From Chitinophagales bacterium (lineage in GTDB: Bacteria; Bacteroidota; Bacteroidia; Chitinophagales; LD1): a stretch of DNA of 64,000 bases. Position numbers and translations under genes: made by a program. The DNA lies in the NCBI GenBank assembly GCA_016786765.1, contig JAEUUZ010000017.1, positions 104,077-168,076 on the forward strand, in the 5' to 3' direction. The notes under the pieces were generated by a model that worked only from the letters and a program-made list of their open reading frames with translations, was not told the origin of the DNA and did not search any database. Positions 45,316 to 54,262 of this stretch are shown here, piece by piece (position 1 is the stretch's first letter; every line of letters starts with the position of its first letter).

Positions 45316-46599
45316 TCAACCTAATGATGGGACTTTATAAATGTTCCATTCTAGTTTTGGTCTTACAGAGCCTTTATTTATATCGCCAATAAGATCTATG
45401 TAATCAGATTGTGGATGGATAATAAAGCTAAGTTCCTCTGAAAAACGAATAAGTTCTTTTGATTCGTTATTCCACTCATTTTCTTCCACACCCAATCGTA
45501 AATGCATATAATACTTTCCCGGAATGAGGAAGTGTTCTGGAATACGACAATCCACTTTTATCTCCCCTATATACTCTTTAAACTGTTCACTTAAGTCCCT
45601 GCCTTCGGTATTGTTGAGCAAATGTCCTACTAGTACTGGCTGATAGAATATATTTTCAACAAAAAATGTTATGCCAATTTTTGCACCTTGAATTTTTTTT
45701 TCAAGTTTTAAAATGATCTCTATGGGATCTGTATTAATAAGTTTTTCGCTCGTTCGTTTTAAGTTAAGAATAGAGATTGCCTTTATCGCAATGAATTTAT
45801 TTTGGGGACAGTTAGCTTTATTCCACTGTAAATCAACTGTCCCAAGTTTATTGAGATCTGTGCTTTTAATCTCTACCATTTCCTTTTTACCGTCAAAATT
45901 ATCTTTCTGCCGTATGAAATATTCGCCTAATAGTGCTGCTGGTTGCCCTGTTTTTTTTAGTTCACCTTTTTCAATCCATAAACATTTGTTGCTCAATTCT
46001 AGAATTTCAGTTCTGTTGTGGGAAACAAAAATGATAGTTCTACCTGAAGCTGACAAAGTTTTCAGCAATTCCTGACATTTTAATCGGAATCCTTCATCAC
46101 CTACCGAAAGGACTTCATCCAAAATCATTATATCTGCATAGGAATGGAAAGCAAGAGAGAACGCAAGCCTTAAAAACATGCCATTTGAATAATGTTTTAC
46201 TGGGCGATAATAGAATTCCCCTATTTCACTGAAGTCTAGAATATTTTGCGAAGCAGTTTCTATTTCTGCTTTGCTCTTTTTGAAGTATTTGAGCTGGAGG
46301 CGAACATTTTCAGCGCCTGTTAAATCGGGATGAAAATTACTGCCAATATCTAAAATGGAAGTGGTAGAGCCATAAAGATAAATTTCACCTGAGCTAGGTT
46401 TGGTAATTCCACTTAATATTTTTAGCAATGTTGTTTTTCCTGAGCCATTATTGCCAATAATACTCACTACATCCCCCCGCTCTACAGTAAATGATATATC
46501 CTTAAGTGCATAGAATGTGTTTTTCTTCCTGTTTTCAACATCTGGAATTATATATTGTTTAGTAATGTTGTTTACGCTAAGTGCAATAGTGTTTTTCAT
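45316..46599 (-). CDS. ABC transporter ATP-binding protein, Wzt/TagH/KpsT-like with C-terminal extension
   Basis: 427 aa. Walker A 'GNNGSGKTT', signature-like 'YSNGMFLRLAFS', Walker B 'IMILDEVLSVGD', H-loop 'FVSHN'. The C-terminal ~190 aa are beta-rich, like a Wzt C-terminal glycan-binding domain. Confidence 0.85.
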   Translation of the reverse strand: MKNTIALSVNNITKQYIIPDVENRKKNTFYALKDISFTVERGDVVSIIGNNGSGKTTLLKILSGITKPSSGEIYLYGSTTSILDIGSNFHPDLTGAENVRLQLKYFKKSKAEIETASQNILDFSEIGEFYYRPVKHYSNGMFLRLAFSLAFHSYADIMILDEVLSVGDEGFRLKCQELLKTLSASGRTIIFVSHNRTEILELSNKCLWIEKGELKKTGQPAALLGEYFIRQKDNFDGKKEMVEIKSTDLNKLGTVDLQWNKANCPQNKFIAIKAISILNLKRTSEKLINTDPIEIILKLEKKIQGAKIGITFFVENIFYQPVLVGHLLNNTEGRDLSEQFKEYIGEIKVDCRIPEHFLIPGKYYMHLRLGVEENEWNNESKELIRFSEELSFIIHPQSDYIDLIGDINKGSVRPKLEWNIYKVPSLG

Positions 46600-46605
46600 A
46601 TTGTC

Positions 46606-48300
46606 TTATAATTCATTTATACCAGCATCAATATAGTCCTCTATAGAAAGCGAAACAATGCCATTTTTCATACTTCCTATAAATTTCCCACCACGATATA
46701 ATCCCTCTCCATTCCAATGTTCATCCATGTAATAGTTTTCATTTTCCAAATAAACAGAAAGTGAATTAATCTCTTTATCCTCACAGATAAAACTATAAAG
46801 ATCGGATGAGGTGTGAATCATACGAAAGGTAAAGCATATTCTATCGTTAAGCGTTAGATTGGCTGTAGAGTTGTGTAATAAATTATTGTCAAATACAATA
46901 GCTTGGCCAGCTTTGAGGCGAACAGGGACTTCAAATTGACGGAGCCATTCCCTGTGTTTTTCATGACAACCAGAGAAAGATCCTCCATAAATTGTTTGCT
47001 GCATACTATGGCTTTTGGGTATTACTGTTAGGCAACCATTTTGTTCATTCACATCAACAAGCGGTACCCAAATGGCATAATGGGGCTCTAGTTGATGGTT
47101 AAGCAATAGAGTGCTGTCAGCATGTAAATCTATATCGCCCGAGGTTAGCGCTTTTTTGGTGTAATATTGCGAAACAGGAATGTTGTAATTCGAAAAATAA
47201 CGATTGAGCGCTGGCTGCACGTTAGCGCTGATAAATTGGTGAATGGTTAATTTTGTTGAGGAATCGGTATGTTGTAAGGTGGTGAATTTGCCAGGCAATT
47301 TATCGATGCCACCGAAATGTTGAGCATAGTGGTCTTGGAATAGTTTTAATTCTGAAGTGCTGAGTAAATCAACAATAGTATATCCTTCCCGGTTAAGTTC
47401 GTTTTCAAAAAAGCGATTGGTCGCAATGTGCAATTGTTTGACATGTACTGCTCTACAACCCCAAAAGGCCATCTGGTAATGCTTTCGAAGTGTTTTGCCA
47501 GTAATGGTATTATTGTCTGTTGGCGACAAATGTGTTATCCCTGTTTTTTCTATTGTTAAAGGCACAATGCCTTTTTCCAATAGTGGAAGATGGCTCAACA
47601 AAACCTCTCCGGTAATTGGGTATAAGTCTGTAGTTTTTTGCTCTGCGTTTTTCTGAAAAAAATAAGTAGGTGCATTTTTCTCTACAAAATTAACGATTAC
47701 TGCAATACGGATTTCATCGGTATTGTTGGGGTGCGAAGCATGAAATAGGCCATTGTGATAGATTAGAATGTTCCCTGCAGGAACATTTATATCGGTGCAG
47801 ATAGCTTTAATCTCATTGCAATATGGAACAACTGGAATACTATAGCTGCCCGAGCGAAAATTGTTGAAAAATTTGTGACTACCAGGCACAACAAACATAC
47901 CCCCGTTCACAGTTGTTGTTAATTGAAGTGGAATCCAAATTTGATAGCTTTTATGTTTTGTTTCGTCTACAATATTCCAATCTTGATGTAACGAAAATTC
48001 CTTATCAACGCGAGCGCCTTTTACCATAAAATGGCCAATGAAATAGTTGTAGTCAGGCAGTAGTGTTTGTAATTTATCACCCACAATTGTCTGGATGGCA
48101 TTACTAATTGCAATTCCTTTTTCTGCAGGATTGGAATTGTGCGAGGCGTACATCTCATTTATAGGTTGTTGCTCGAAATGCTCGGAATAGAGATCTCGCA
48201 ATTGTTGAATTGGGGTATCGTCAAATACCCTAAGCGTGCAAAATCCTAATCGATCAAGCGAATCTAAGAAAGGCTGATATTTTTTGTTTGATGTGTGCAT
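46606..48300 (-). CDS. fused double PhyH-family Fe(II)/2OG dioxygenase
   Basis: 564 aa. Domain 1: 'LHQDWNIVDE' ... 'LFHASHPN' ... 'IRIAV'. Domain 2: 'LHADSTLL' ... 'LLHNSTAN' ... 'DRICF'. The ATG start overlaps the upstream gene by 47 nt. Confidence 0.75.
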   Translation of the reverse strand: MHTSNKKYQPFLDSLDRLGFCTLRVFDDTPIQQLRDLYSEHFEQQPINEMYASHNSNPAEKGIAISNAIQTIVGDKLQTLLPDYNYFIGHFMVKGARVDKEFSLHQDWNIVDETKHKSYQIWIPLQLTTTVNGGMFVVPGSHKFFNNFRSGSYSIPVVPYCNEIKAICTDINVPAGNILIYHNGLFHASHPNNTDEIRIAVIVNFVEKNAPTYFFQKNAEQKTTDLYPITGEVLLSHLPLLEKGIVPLTIEKTGITHLSPTDNNTITGKTLRKHYQMAFWGCRAVHVKQLHIATNRFFENELNREGYTIVDLLSTSELKLFQDHYAQHFGGIDKLPGKFTTLQHTDSSTKLTIHQFISANVQPALNRYFSNYNIPVSQYYTKKALTSGDIDLHADSTLLLNHQLEPHYAIWVPLVDVNEQNGCLTVIPKSHSMQQTIYGGSFSGCHEKHREWLRQFEVPVRLKAGQAIVFDNNLLHNSTANLTLNDRICFTFRMIHTSSDLYSFICEDKEINSLSVYLENENYYMDEHWNGEGLYRGGKFIGSMKNGIVSLSIEDYIDAGINEL

Positions 48301-49165
48301 ATGTTGTAATCGTTGAAACTCTATTGTTTAAAGGTTGAGAAAGCTGCTGGAAGCAGTTGTGCTCAATTGGCGAAAAATCATACTTGAATGTTCTTATGAG
48401 CTGTGCATGTTGAGGTCGATGTCCAACCTTTAGCTCAATGAAATCAGACAGTGTCATATTATATTCTTCTACCTCGTTTTCAGGATTGCCCTCTGGTAAA
48501 AAATAATGCTTAATCTCTGCCGTTTTTGGAATTATAGCCATAATGGCTGCAACCCGAACAGTAGAAGAAAGATTTGGGTAAGAGCTATGAATACAGGCAT
48601 GATTTATTACAACACAATCTCCGATTTTTGTTTCAACATCAGTAAAAAGGTTGTTGAGGTAAGTTATTACTTCTCTGTATTTCCATGGATATGAAGGCAG
48701 TGTACGTATAGTATCTGCCCATAAATGACTACCTCTGATAAATCGTAAGCTGCCATTTTCTTTGGTCGTATTCGTTGTGGCCATCCAAATATTAAGTGAG
48801 TAAAATTGTTCTTCATCTACAAATCTTAAATCTTGATGCGGCCCCAATTCCGATTCGAGATGTGGTTGTTTCACTAAATAATTGGCTGCAATAACTTGGT
48901 AATCTGTAAAATGTTTATCCACCTCTTCCATGAAAACAGACTTTATAAACTGGTCACTTTCTCCGATCAAATCGGCATTGTTCGTCTCGTTAGTAGCATG
49001 AAATTTTTTCGATTCGGCTATTGTTTCATGTGCGACTTGCGTACGCAAATAAAATGCATGAATGCGCTGTACTTGCTCCGCGGAAAACATGCTAAAGGAA
49101 ACGAATCCGTCTTCATCGAATTTTCGTTGCAATTCTTCATCTTTAAAAATAGCAGGCTTCGGCAT
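48254..49165 (-). CDS. PhyH-family Fe(II)/2OG dioxygenase
   Basis: 303 aa with 'GPHQDLRFVDEE', 'NGSLRFIRGSH', 'CIHSSYPN' and 'VRVAA'. Confidence 0.75.
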   Translation of the reverse strand: MPKPAIFKDEELQRKFDEDGFVSFSMFSAEQVQRIHAFYLRTQVAHETIAESKKFHATNETNNADLIGESDQFIKSVFMEEVDKHFTDYQVIAANYLVKQPHLESELGPHQDLRFVDEEQFYSLNIWMATTNTTKENGSLRFIRGSHLWADTIRTLPSYPWKYREVITYLNNLFTDVETKIGDCVVINHACIHSSYPNLSSTVRVAAIMAIIPKTAEIKHYFLPEGNPENEVEEYNMTLSDFIELKVGHRPQHAQLIRTFKYDFSPIEHNCFQQLSQPLNNRVSTITTYAHIKQKISAFLRFA

Positions 49166-49170
49166 TGTTT

Positions 49171-50034
49171 TTAACTAAATAATTGTTTTAAACGGCTTAA
49201 AAATGAGTGTTTGTGTTGCGTCATAAATAGTTCAAAAAGCTGTGGTGTAACTGTTGTAGATGAGAAAAATTGGTCTTCTACATAGGTGCCTTTGCGCGGT
49301 GGCTTTTCTTTTTCAAAGTAAAGATATGCCTCCTTTGTCATGCTGAATTTCTTCAACTGATGAACACTGTTTTTGGGTAAAAAATAGTGTATCAAAGGTG
49401 CCTCTTTTGTGTATGCGGCCACCACAGCTGCTAGTCTATATTTTGATGATAAGTTCGCAAACGACCCATGTATAATCGCATGATTGAAAATAAACGCATC
49501 GCCTGCTTTAGCTGAAAAGGCAATTGCCTTTTTTTTAATCAACGATTTTACGTTTTCATATGGCCAAACATAATCGTGTGTTGGTCGTATATTTGGCATA
49601 AAGTTATGGCTGCCAGGAAGAAAATACATGCCACCATTTTGCTTGTTTATATCTTCAAGCGCAATCCAAATGTTTACCGATAGATGTTGTTCTTCATCTA
49701 CAAAGGTGATATCTTGGTGTGGATCTGTTGCTGAATTTGGCAAAGGCATCTTCACTAAAAAATTGCCAAACAATAGCTCATAATTGGTCAGATGCTTATC
49801 AATTGCTGGTGCAATAATTTTTTGCAAGGCCTCATCTACAGCAGTTATAAGGGTAGGGTCGCTAGAATGGCTTGTTGTAATATAGGGTAAATTTATTTTT
49901 TCGTGTGCTGCACGAAACGGAGTATAGGCGTTCACTAACTCATGCACCTCAGCAGGATTCAACAGGTGTATTTTCACGAAGCCGTCTTGCTCAAATTTAC
50001 GTTGTAATATGGTAGATTTAAACAGTGTTTTCAA
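49171..50034 (-). CDS. PhyH-family Fe(II)/2OG dioxygenase
   Basis: 287 aa. TTG start, with no in-frame ATG near the N-terminus; the length matches its paralogues. 'DPHQDITFVDEE', 'NGGMYFLPGSH', 'IIHGSFAN', 'YRLAA'. Confidence 0.7.
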   Translation of the reverse strand: MKTLFKSTILQRKFEQDGFVKIHLLNPAEVHELVNAYTPFRAAHEKINLPYITTSHSSDPTLITAVDEALQKIIAPAIDKHLTNYELLFGNFLVKMPLPNSATDPHQDITFVDEEQHLSVNIWIALEDINKQNGGMYFLPGSHNFMPNIRPTHDYVWPYENVKSLIKKKAIAFSAKAGDAFIFNHAIIHGSFANLSSKYRLAAVVAAYTKEAPLIHYFLPKNSVHQLKKFSMTKEAYLYFEKEKPPRKGTYVEDQFFSSTTVTPQLFELFMTQHKHSFLSRLKQLFS

Positions 50035-50926
50035 ATTTTTGAAATGATTTTATAAACGAAGAGAACCACGATAGAGATTTTGCTGGTGGAAGGGGGAAAG
50101 CAGCTTTCTGATAAAATTCTTCTTCTGAAATATTGGGAAAAACATAGTCGAACTCACTAATGCGAAACATTTCATTTGGCTTGCCGGTTTTTTGCATATC
50201 CATAAAGACGTCTAAATTGAGCGCATAACATTCGATCGCCTTTTCTTTTTTCGACATATCTTTAAAATAAATTTGCCATTGCGCATTTGATGAACAAACC
50301 AATAAGGTTGCTGCAAGCCTGTGTCTATTTGACTGATTATCGGTAGCCCCGTGAATAGTTGCATTCGAAAAAACAACTGCCTCCCCTGCTTTCATGGGTA
50401 GTTCGGTAGCTATTTCACGCAATTTATTGGAGTAGGTTCTATAATAAACTGGACATTCTGGTACAGTTCGGAGGGCAGAAGAAACTTTATGGGATCCTTT
50501 CACAAAATAAAGATTTCCATTGGTGCTATCTATGTCATGCAAAGCTACCCATACGTTTGCACTGCTAAACTGCTGTTCGTCAACAAAGGATGGGTCTTGA
50601 TGTATTCCTGTGGCCGATCCATTTCCGCTTTCTTTAATATGGAAACAGCCCACTAATGCGTCAAAATTTTTCATATGGCGCTCCAATGCTTTGCCAATAG
50701 TAGTCTTGATCTGTTGGTCGACCTCTAGAATTACTGTATTGTTCTTTGTATCGGTCGTGGTATGATGTAGTTGTCCACTAGCAACGTGCGCCTCCCTGTT
50801 TTTTTCATAGCAGGCAACAAGCGTTCTCACTTCCTCATGGTTGAGTAGCGGAAGTTTCACAAAGCCGTTTTTGTCGAATTCGGCTTGAGTAATAGAATTG
50901 TTAAACATTTTTTTTAGTGATTGCAT
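50018..50926 (-). CDS. PhyH-family Fe(II)/2OG dioxygenase
   Basis: 302 aa with 'GIHQDPSFVDEQ', 'NGNLYFVKGSH', 'TIHGATDN' and 'HRLAA'. Confidence 0.75.
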   Translation of the reverse strand: MQSLKKMFNNSITQAEFDKNGFVKLPLLNHEEVRTLVACYEKNREAHVASGQLHHTTTDTKNNTVILEVDQQIKTTIGKALERHMKNFDALVGCFHIKESGNGSATGIHQDPSFVDEQQFSSANVWVALHDIDSTNGNLYFVKGSHKVSSALRTVPECPVYYRTYSNKLREIATELPMKAGEAVVFSNATIHGATDNQSNRHRLAATLLVCSSNAQWQIYFKDMSKKEKAIECYALNLDVFMDMQKTGKPNEMFRISEFDYVFPNISEEEFYQKAAFPLPPAKSLSWFSSFIKSFQKFENTV

Positions 50927-51047
50927 ACAACTTTAACAATAAACTCACACAAGTTACAATATTAATTGTTCAGAAAAAAAATAAGTAACTTTCAATTTAA
51001 ATACTGATATAAATCAGCTATAATTAGATGTTAAATGTCACTAGAAC

Positions 51048-51920
51048 ATGAACGAAATACACAGAATTTACGGGGAAGAAATTTTTTTTAATTTCCAAGA
51101 GTATAATTATTCCGAAATTGACCAATGTTCGCATTTAGTTAAGGACTTAAAAGCAGGCAATCTCGATGGGTTTATCATGAAAAATGTGTTTCAGCCATCG
51201 GAGGTAGAAGCGGTTAAGTCGTTTTTGTCTACCATGCACGAGGATGATTTAATGCCTACGCCCTCTGGTAAAATTTTTCCTTCCCCATTCGCTATTATTA
51301 CCGATACAGCCGAACGCCTGGATAGTTATTATTCGCAATTGGCAAAGCTAGATGTATGCAGCCAAAATTACCTACCCGTTGCAACGTTGCTCGATCGATT
51401 AGCTCGTTTCTTTGTAGAAGTGGGGAGCGATTTTAAAGTGAGTATTCCGATTAATAAAGTCAAGGGGAAAGCAGTTGCTCCAGGTACTTTTCGTATGTTT
51501 TATCCATCCATGGGTGGACTGCATGTGCATTGTGGAAACCTCTTTCAAGCACAGTCGATGTTTTTTTATTCGCTTATAAAAAACGATATCGAAATGGACG
51601 GACAGTTGAGCTATTTTGTTGTATTGCAACAGTCAGAATCTGGAGGCGAACTCACTTTATATGATATGCTTTGGGAAAACGTGAAGCGGAAAGAAAGCCC
51701 TGAAAACAATGAGTTTGTGATTGATGACGCAGGCAATAAAATTTATGTAGATGCACTCAAAAGTTTTGCGGTAAAACCACAACCTGGCGATATTTTGGTT
51801 TTTTCTGGAGGACCTATTTGGCATCGTGTAGAAAATATTACAGGATTATCGCCTCGCATTACTTTTGGAGGGTTCTTAAATTTTTCGAAAGATGGAGAAG
51901 AGCTTTTTTATTGGTCTTGA
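51048..51920 (+). CDS. 2OG-Fe(II) oxygenase-like (P4H-type jelly-roll) protein with non-canonical metal motif
   Basis: 290 aa. Layout 'GGLHVHCGN' ... 'SESGGELTLYD' ... 'VKPQPGDILVFSGGPIWHRVENI' ... 'PRITFGGFL' follows the P4H/2OG-FeII_Oxy_3 pattern. There is no Asp/Glu two residues after either candidate His. Confidence 0.45.
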   Translation: MNEIHRIYGEEIFFNFQEYNYSEIDQCSHLVKDLKAGNLDGFIMKNVFQPSEVEAVKSFLSTMHEDDLMPTPSGKIFPSPFAIITDTAERLDSYYSQLAKLDVCSQNYLPVATLLDRLARFFVEVGSDFKVSIPINKVKGKAVAPGTFRMFYPSMGGLHVHCGNLFQAQSMFFYSLIKNDIEMDGQLSYFVVLQQSESGGELTLYDMLWENVKRKESPENNEFVIDDAGNKIYVDALKSFAVKPQPGDILVFSGGPIWHRVENITGLSPRITFGGFLNFSKDGEELFYWS

Positions 51921-52729
51921 AGTGTTAAGTTTAGTTTTTGCACAACCAGGTCTACTGTGATTAAAGTATGGTGGTAAGGTAATGTTTCAATAATTGTGGC
52001 TTCTGGCTGTTGTCCAATGGTAAGTGGTGCAAGATTTGTTACAAAATACGAATCGGGAAGTGAGTATACATTCGTGAAACCTGTATTTTTTGCGTGGTAG
52101 TATAAAAACGGGGCATCTTTATCCATAACGGTTGTAGCGGCAATAACTCGGTATTGCTTTGTTCTGTTAGGGTGCGATCCATGAAACAAAGCGGGATGAA
52201 AAAGTATGACCTCCCCTTTTTTTAATGAAACAGTGACCACTTTTTTGGCAATATCTGGGTTTGCAGAACTTATGCGTGCTGTGTCATATGCACCCGATCG
52301 AAAGTTTTGAAACCAGTTATGGCTACCTGGAAGAAAGAAAAGTGCTCCATTGTGAATATCTACATCTTGAAGGGGAATCCAAACATTATAGGCGTTGTGC
52401 TTTACCTCGTTAGTGTAACACCAATCTTGATGCAAAAATAATTCACTTTGCATAGGCGGCTTAACAAGAAAAGAACTTGTGACGGTACGAATATTGTTGA
52501 AATTATGGTAAAAAAAGTCTTGTAAAATTTCATTTTGGCTTTGCATAATGTTGATGTTTTCTGCAGGGGTATGCGTAAGCAAGCTATAATAGAAATCGGT
52601 TATGGCGGTTTCAGGCAAATAAGCGTCTATTGAAGTTGTTAGGTGGGCAAGCTCATCTTCGTTTAGTTTTCCTACAATGGCAAATCCATCTTGCAGTAAA
52701 CACTGTTCTATGTGTTTATTTTTTAACAT
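51908..52729 (-). CDS. PhyH-family Fe(II)/2OG dioxygenase
   Basis: The ORF is open to 52849. The ATG at 52729 ('MLKNKHIEQCLLQDGFAIV') matches paralogue N-termini and cuts the overlap with the upstream cytochrome gene to 14 nt. 'LHQDWCYTNE', 'NGALFFLPGSH', 'LFHGSHPN', 'YRVIAA'. Confidence 0.7.
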   Translation of the reverse strand: MLKNKHIEQCLLQDGFAIVGKLNEDELAHLTTSIDAYLPETAITDFYYSLLTHTPAENINIMQSQNEILQDFFYHNFNNIRTVTSSFLVKPPMQSELFLHQDWCYTNEVKHNAYNVWIPLQDVDIHNGALFFLPGSHNWFQNFRSGAYDTARISSANPDIAKKVVTVSLKKGEVILFHPALFHGSHPNRTKQYRVIAATTVMDKDAPFLYYHAKNTGFTNVYSLPDSYFVTNLAPLTIGQQPEATIIETLPYHHTLITVDLVVQKLNLTLQDQ

Positions 52730-53708
52730 TTTGGTTGGTGCTTTGAATTCCCTTTCGATTAGAATAAAACAATTTGATTGGACCATAGGGGCCATATTTA
52801 TGTTGATACTCACTAAAGCTATCCAAAAATGGGCCCTTAGGGAAATCAATTGGTTTGTTTTCCAAATCCGGACAATCTTTTTCTAATGGCCGATTAGGTC
52901 TTGGGTGAATAGAATCACAGTTGATAAAAGCAACAACATCAAAGACGTCTTCATCGCTAAGCTGTGGGTCCGTTCGAAATTCTAGAAAAGGCATACTCCA
53001 TTTTACAAAACGAGATGCGGTAATGAGGCGGTGCATGCTGCTACCTTGGGCATAGCTATTGGGTCCCCAAAGCGGAGGGTAGATATAAGAGGAAGAGTCT
53101 TTTTGCATAGCACCTTGTCCGTTTAGTCCATGACATTTGCTGCATTTAGTTTTAAAAATAGTACTGCCCTTATTTACATCTGCAGCTCTATCTAAAAGCG
53201 TAATTTTTCCTAAGTGCATTGTGTCATCGCCATAACTTGCTTTTTTCCCTTCACACAGCCATCGCACATAAGCCACCATCGCTCTCATTTCTTTCGAATC
53301 ATAGGGTAGTTGTTTGCCGTTCATTGGTCTTTCAAAGCAATTGTTTATGCGGTCTTCAATGGTCAGTACCGTGCCCTCTCTAGGCCTATATTGAGGATAT
53401 TTCAAATATGTTTCAAGTAGGTTGTTGCTATAAAGGCGAGTGCCTACATCCAGATGACAATTTCTACAGTTCATTTTATTACCGCACAGTTGCATTACCT
53501 TGCCTTCTGGACCAAGATAATATGCTGTTTCCGCAAATAGTGCTCGCCCATACCGAATTGCTTCACCCGTTTTGTCTAGTGGGATTTCATTTGTATCAGG
53601 TAATTCCACATGTATCTCTTGTCTATCTTTAGTAGTATAATGTTTATCACGATTACAAGAGCTAAACACTAACAACAATACAGTAATACAGTAAATAAAT
53701 CTTTGCAT
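52716..53708 (-). CDS. di-haem c-type cytochrome lipoprotein (TsdA-like size/layout, tentative)
   Basis: 330 aa. Lipoprotein-type signal 'CITVLLLVFSSC'. Two CxxCH motifs ('CRNCH', 'CSKCH'). Confidence 0.8.
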   Translation of the reverse strand: MQRFIYCITVLLLVFSSCNRDKHYTTKDRQEIHVELPDTNEIPLDKTGEAIRYGRALFAETAYYLGPEGKVMQLCGNKMNCRNCHLDVGTRLYSNNLLETYLKYPQYRPREGTVLTIEDRINNCFERPMNGKQLPYDSKEMRAMVAYVRWLCEGKKASYGDDTMHLGKITLLDRAADVNKGSTIFKTKCSKCHGLNGQGAMQKDSSSYIYPPLWGPNSYAQGSSMHRLITASRFVKWSMPFLEFRTDPQLSDEDVFDVVAFINCDSIHPRPNRPLEKDCPDLENKPIDFPKGPFLDSFSEYQHKYGPYGPIKLFYSNRKGIQSTNQNVKK

Positions 53709-54262
53709 AGTGTGTGGTGATTTAATAACCCTACTTTCATAAATGAAAATAGTTTATTTTGTATTTTCGAGAACAAATCTATTTATTTTTTTATCGGTTC
53801 CATCCAAACTTATCTTATATCTAATGAATCAAAGCGGTAATGTTCTATTTCATTTACCTATTTGTAAAAGAGTCAATTCACTATCACTGCTAAATTTAAA
53901 AGTATGCTTGATAGAAAAAGCATTAAACAAGGGAAACTATAACGACAACGAGCTCGCTTTCTTGCCAAATACACAACCATACAGTATGTAACCGATGATA
54001 GGAAAAGGTTATCAAAAAGTAGTGTTTTTTTGAAATATTACTCGAAATTTCAATAGGGAACTTTCCTTTTTTGTAAGGTTAGAGTTTGTGTTATCACATA
54101 GATAATAAAATTAGCTCAAACATTACTTGTTACTGTATCCCAAAAAACATATACTCACAAGCATCTTGGAAATACACCTCACAAATCTATTTTATCAAAA
54201 GTATTGAAACTACACTTTATAGGATCAGAATTATTCATATTAAGTATTAGCTTTGTGATAAT

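Noticed and set aside
52730-52849. 40-codon N-terminal extension of PhyH 51908-52729
   Set aside because: It would overlap the cytochrome gene by 134 nt. The internal ATG gives the N-terminus 'MLKNKHIEQCLLQDGF', which matches the other PhyH paralogues ('..FDEDGF', '..FEQDGF').
53743-53991. 82-aa ORF in the large intergenic region
   Set aside because: Its composition (Leu/Phe/Asn-rich, reflecting AT-rich DNA), the lack of any motif and its position in a divergent promoter region argue against coding. It cannot be fully excluded without expression data.
53709-54262. Cobalamin riboswitch upstream of the B12-dependent genes (also checked 23293-23375, 58054-58098, 61478-61602)
   Set aside because: No GC-rich B12-box-like element or extended conserved helices are visible. 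The gaps are too short or too AT-rich. An Rfam scan would be needed to confirm this.
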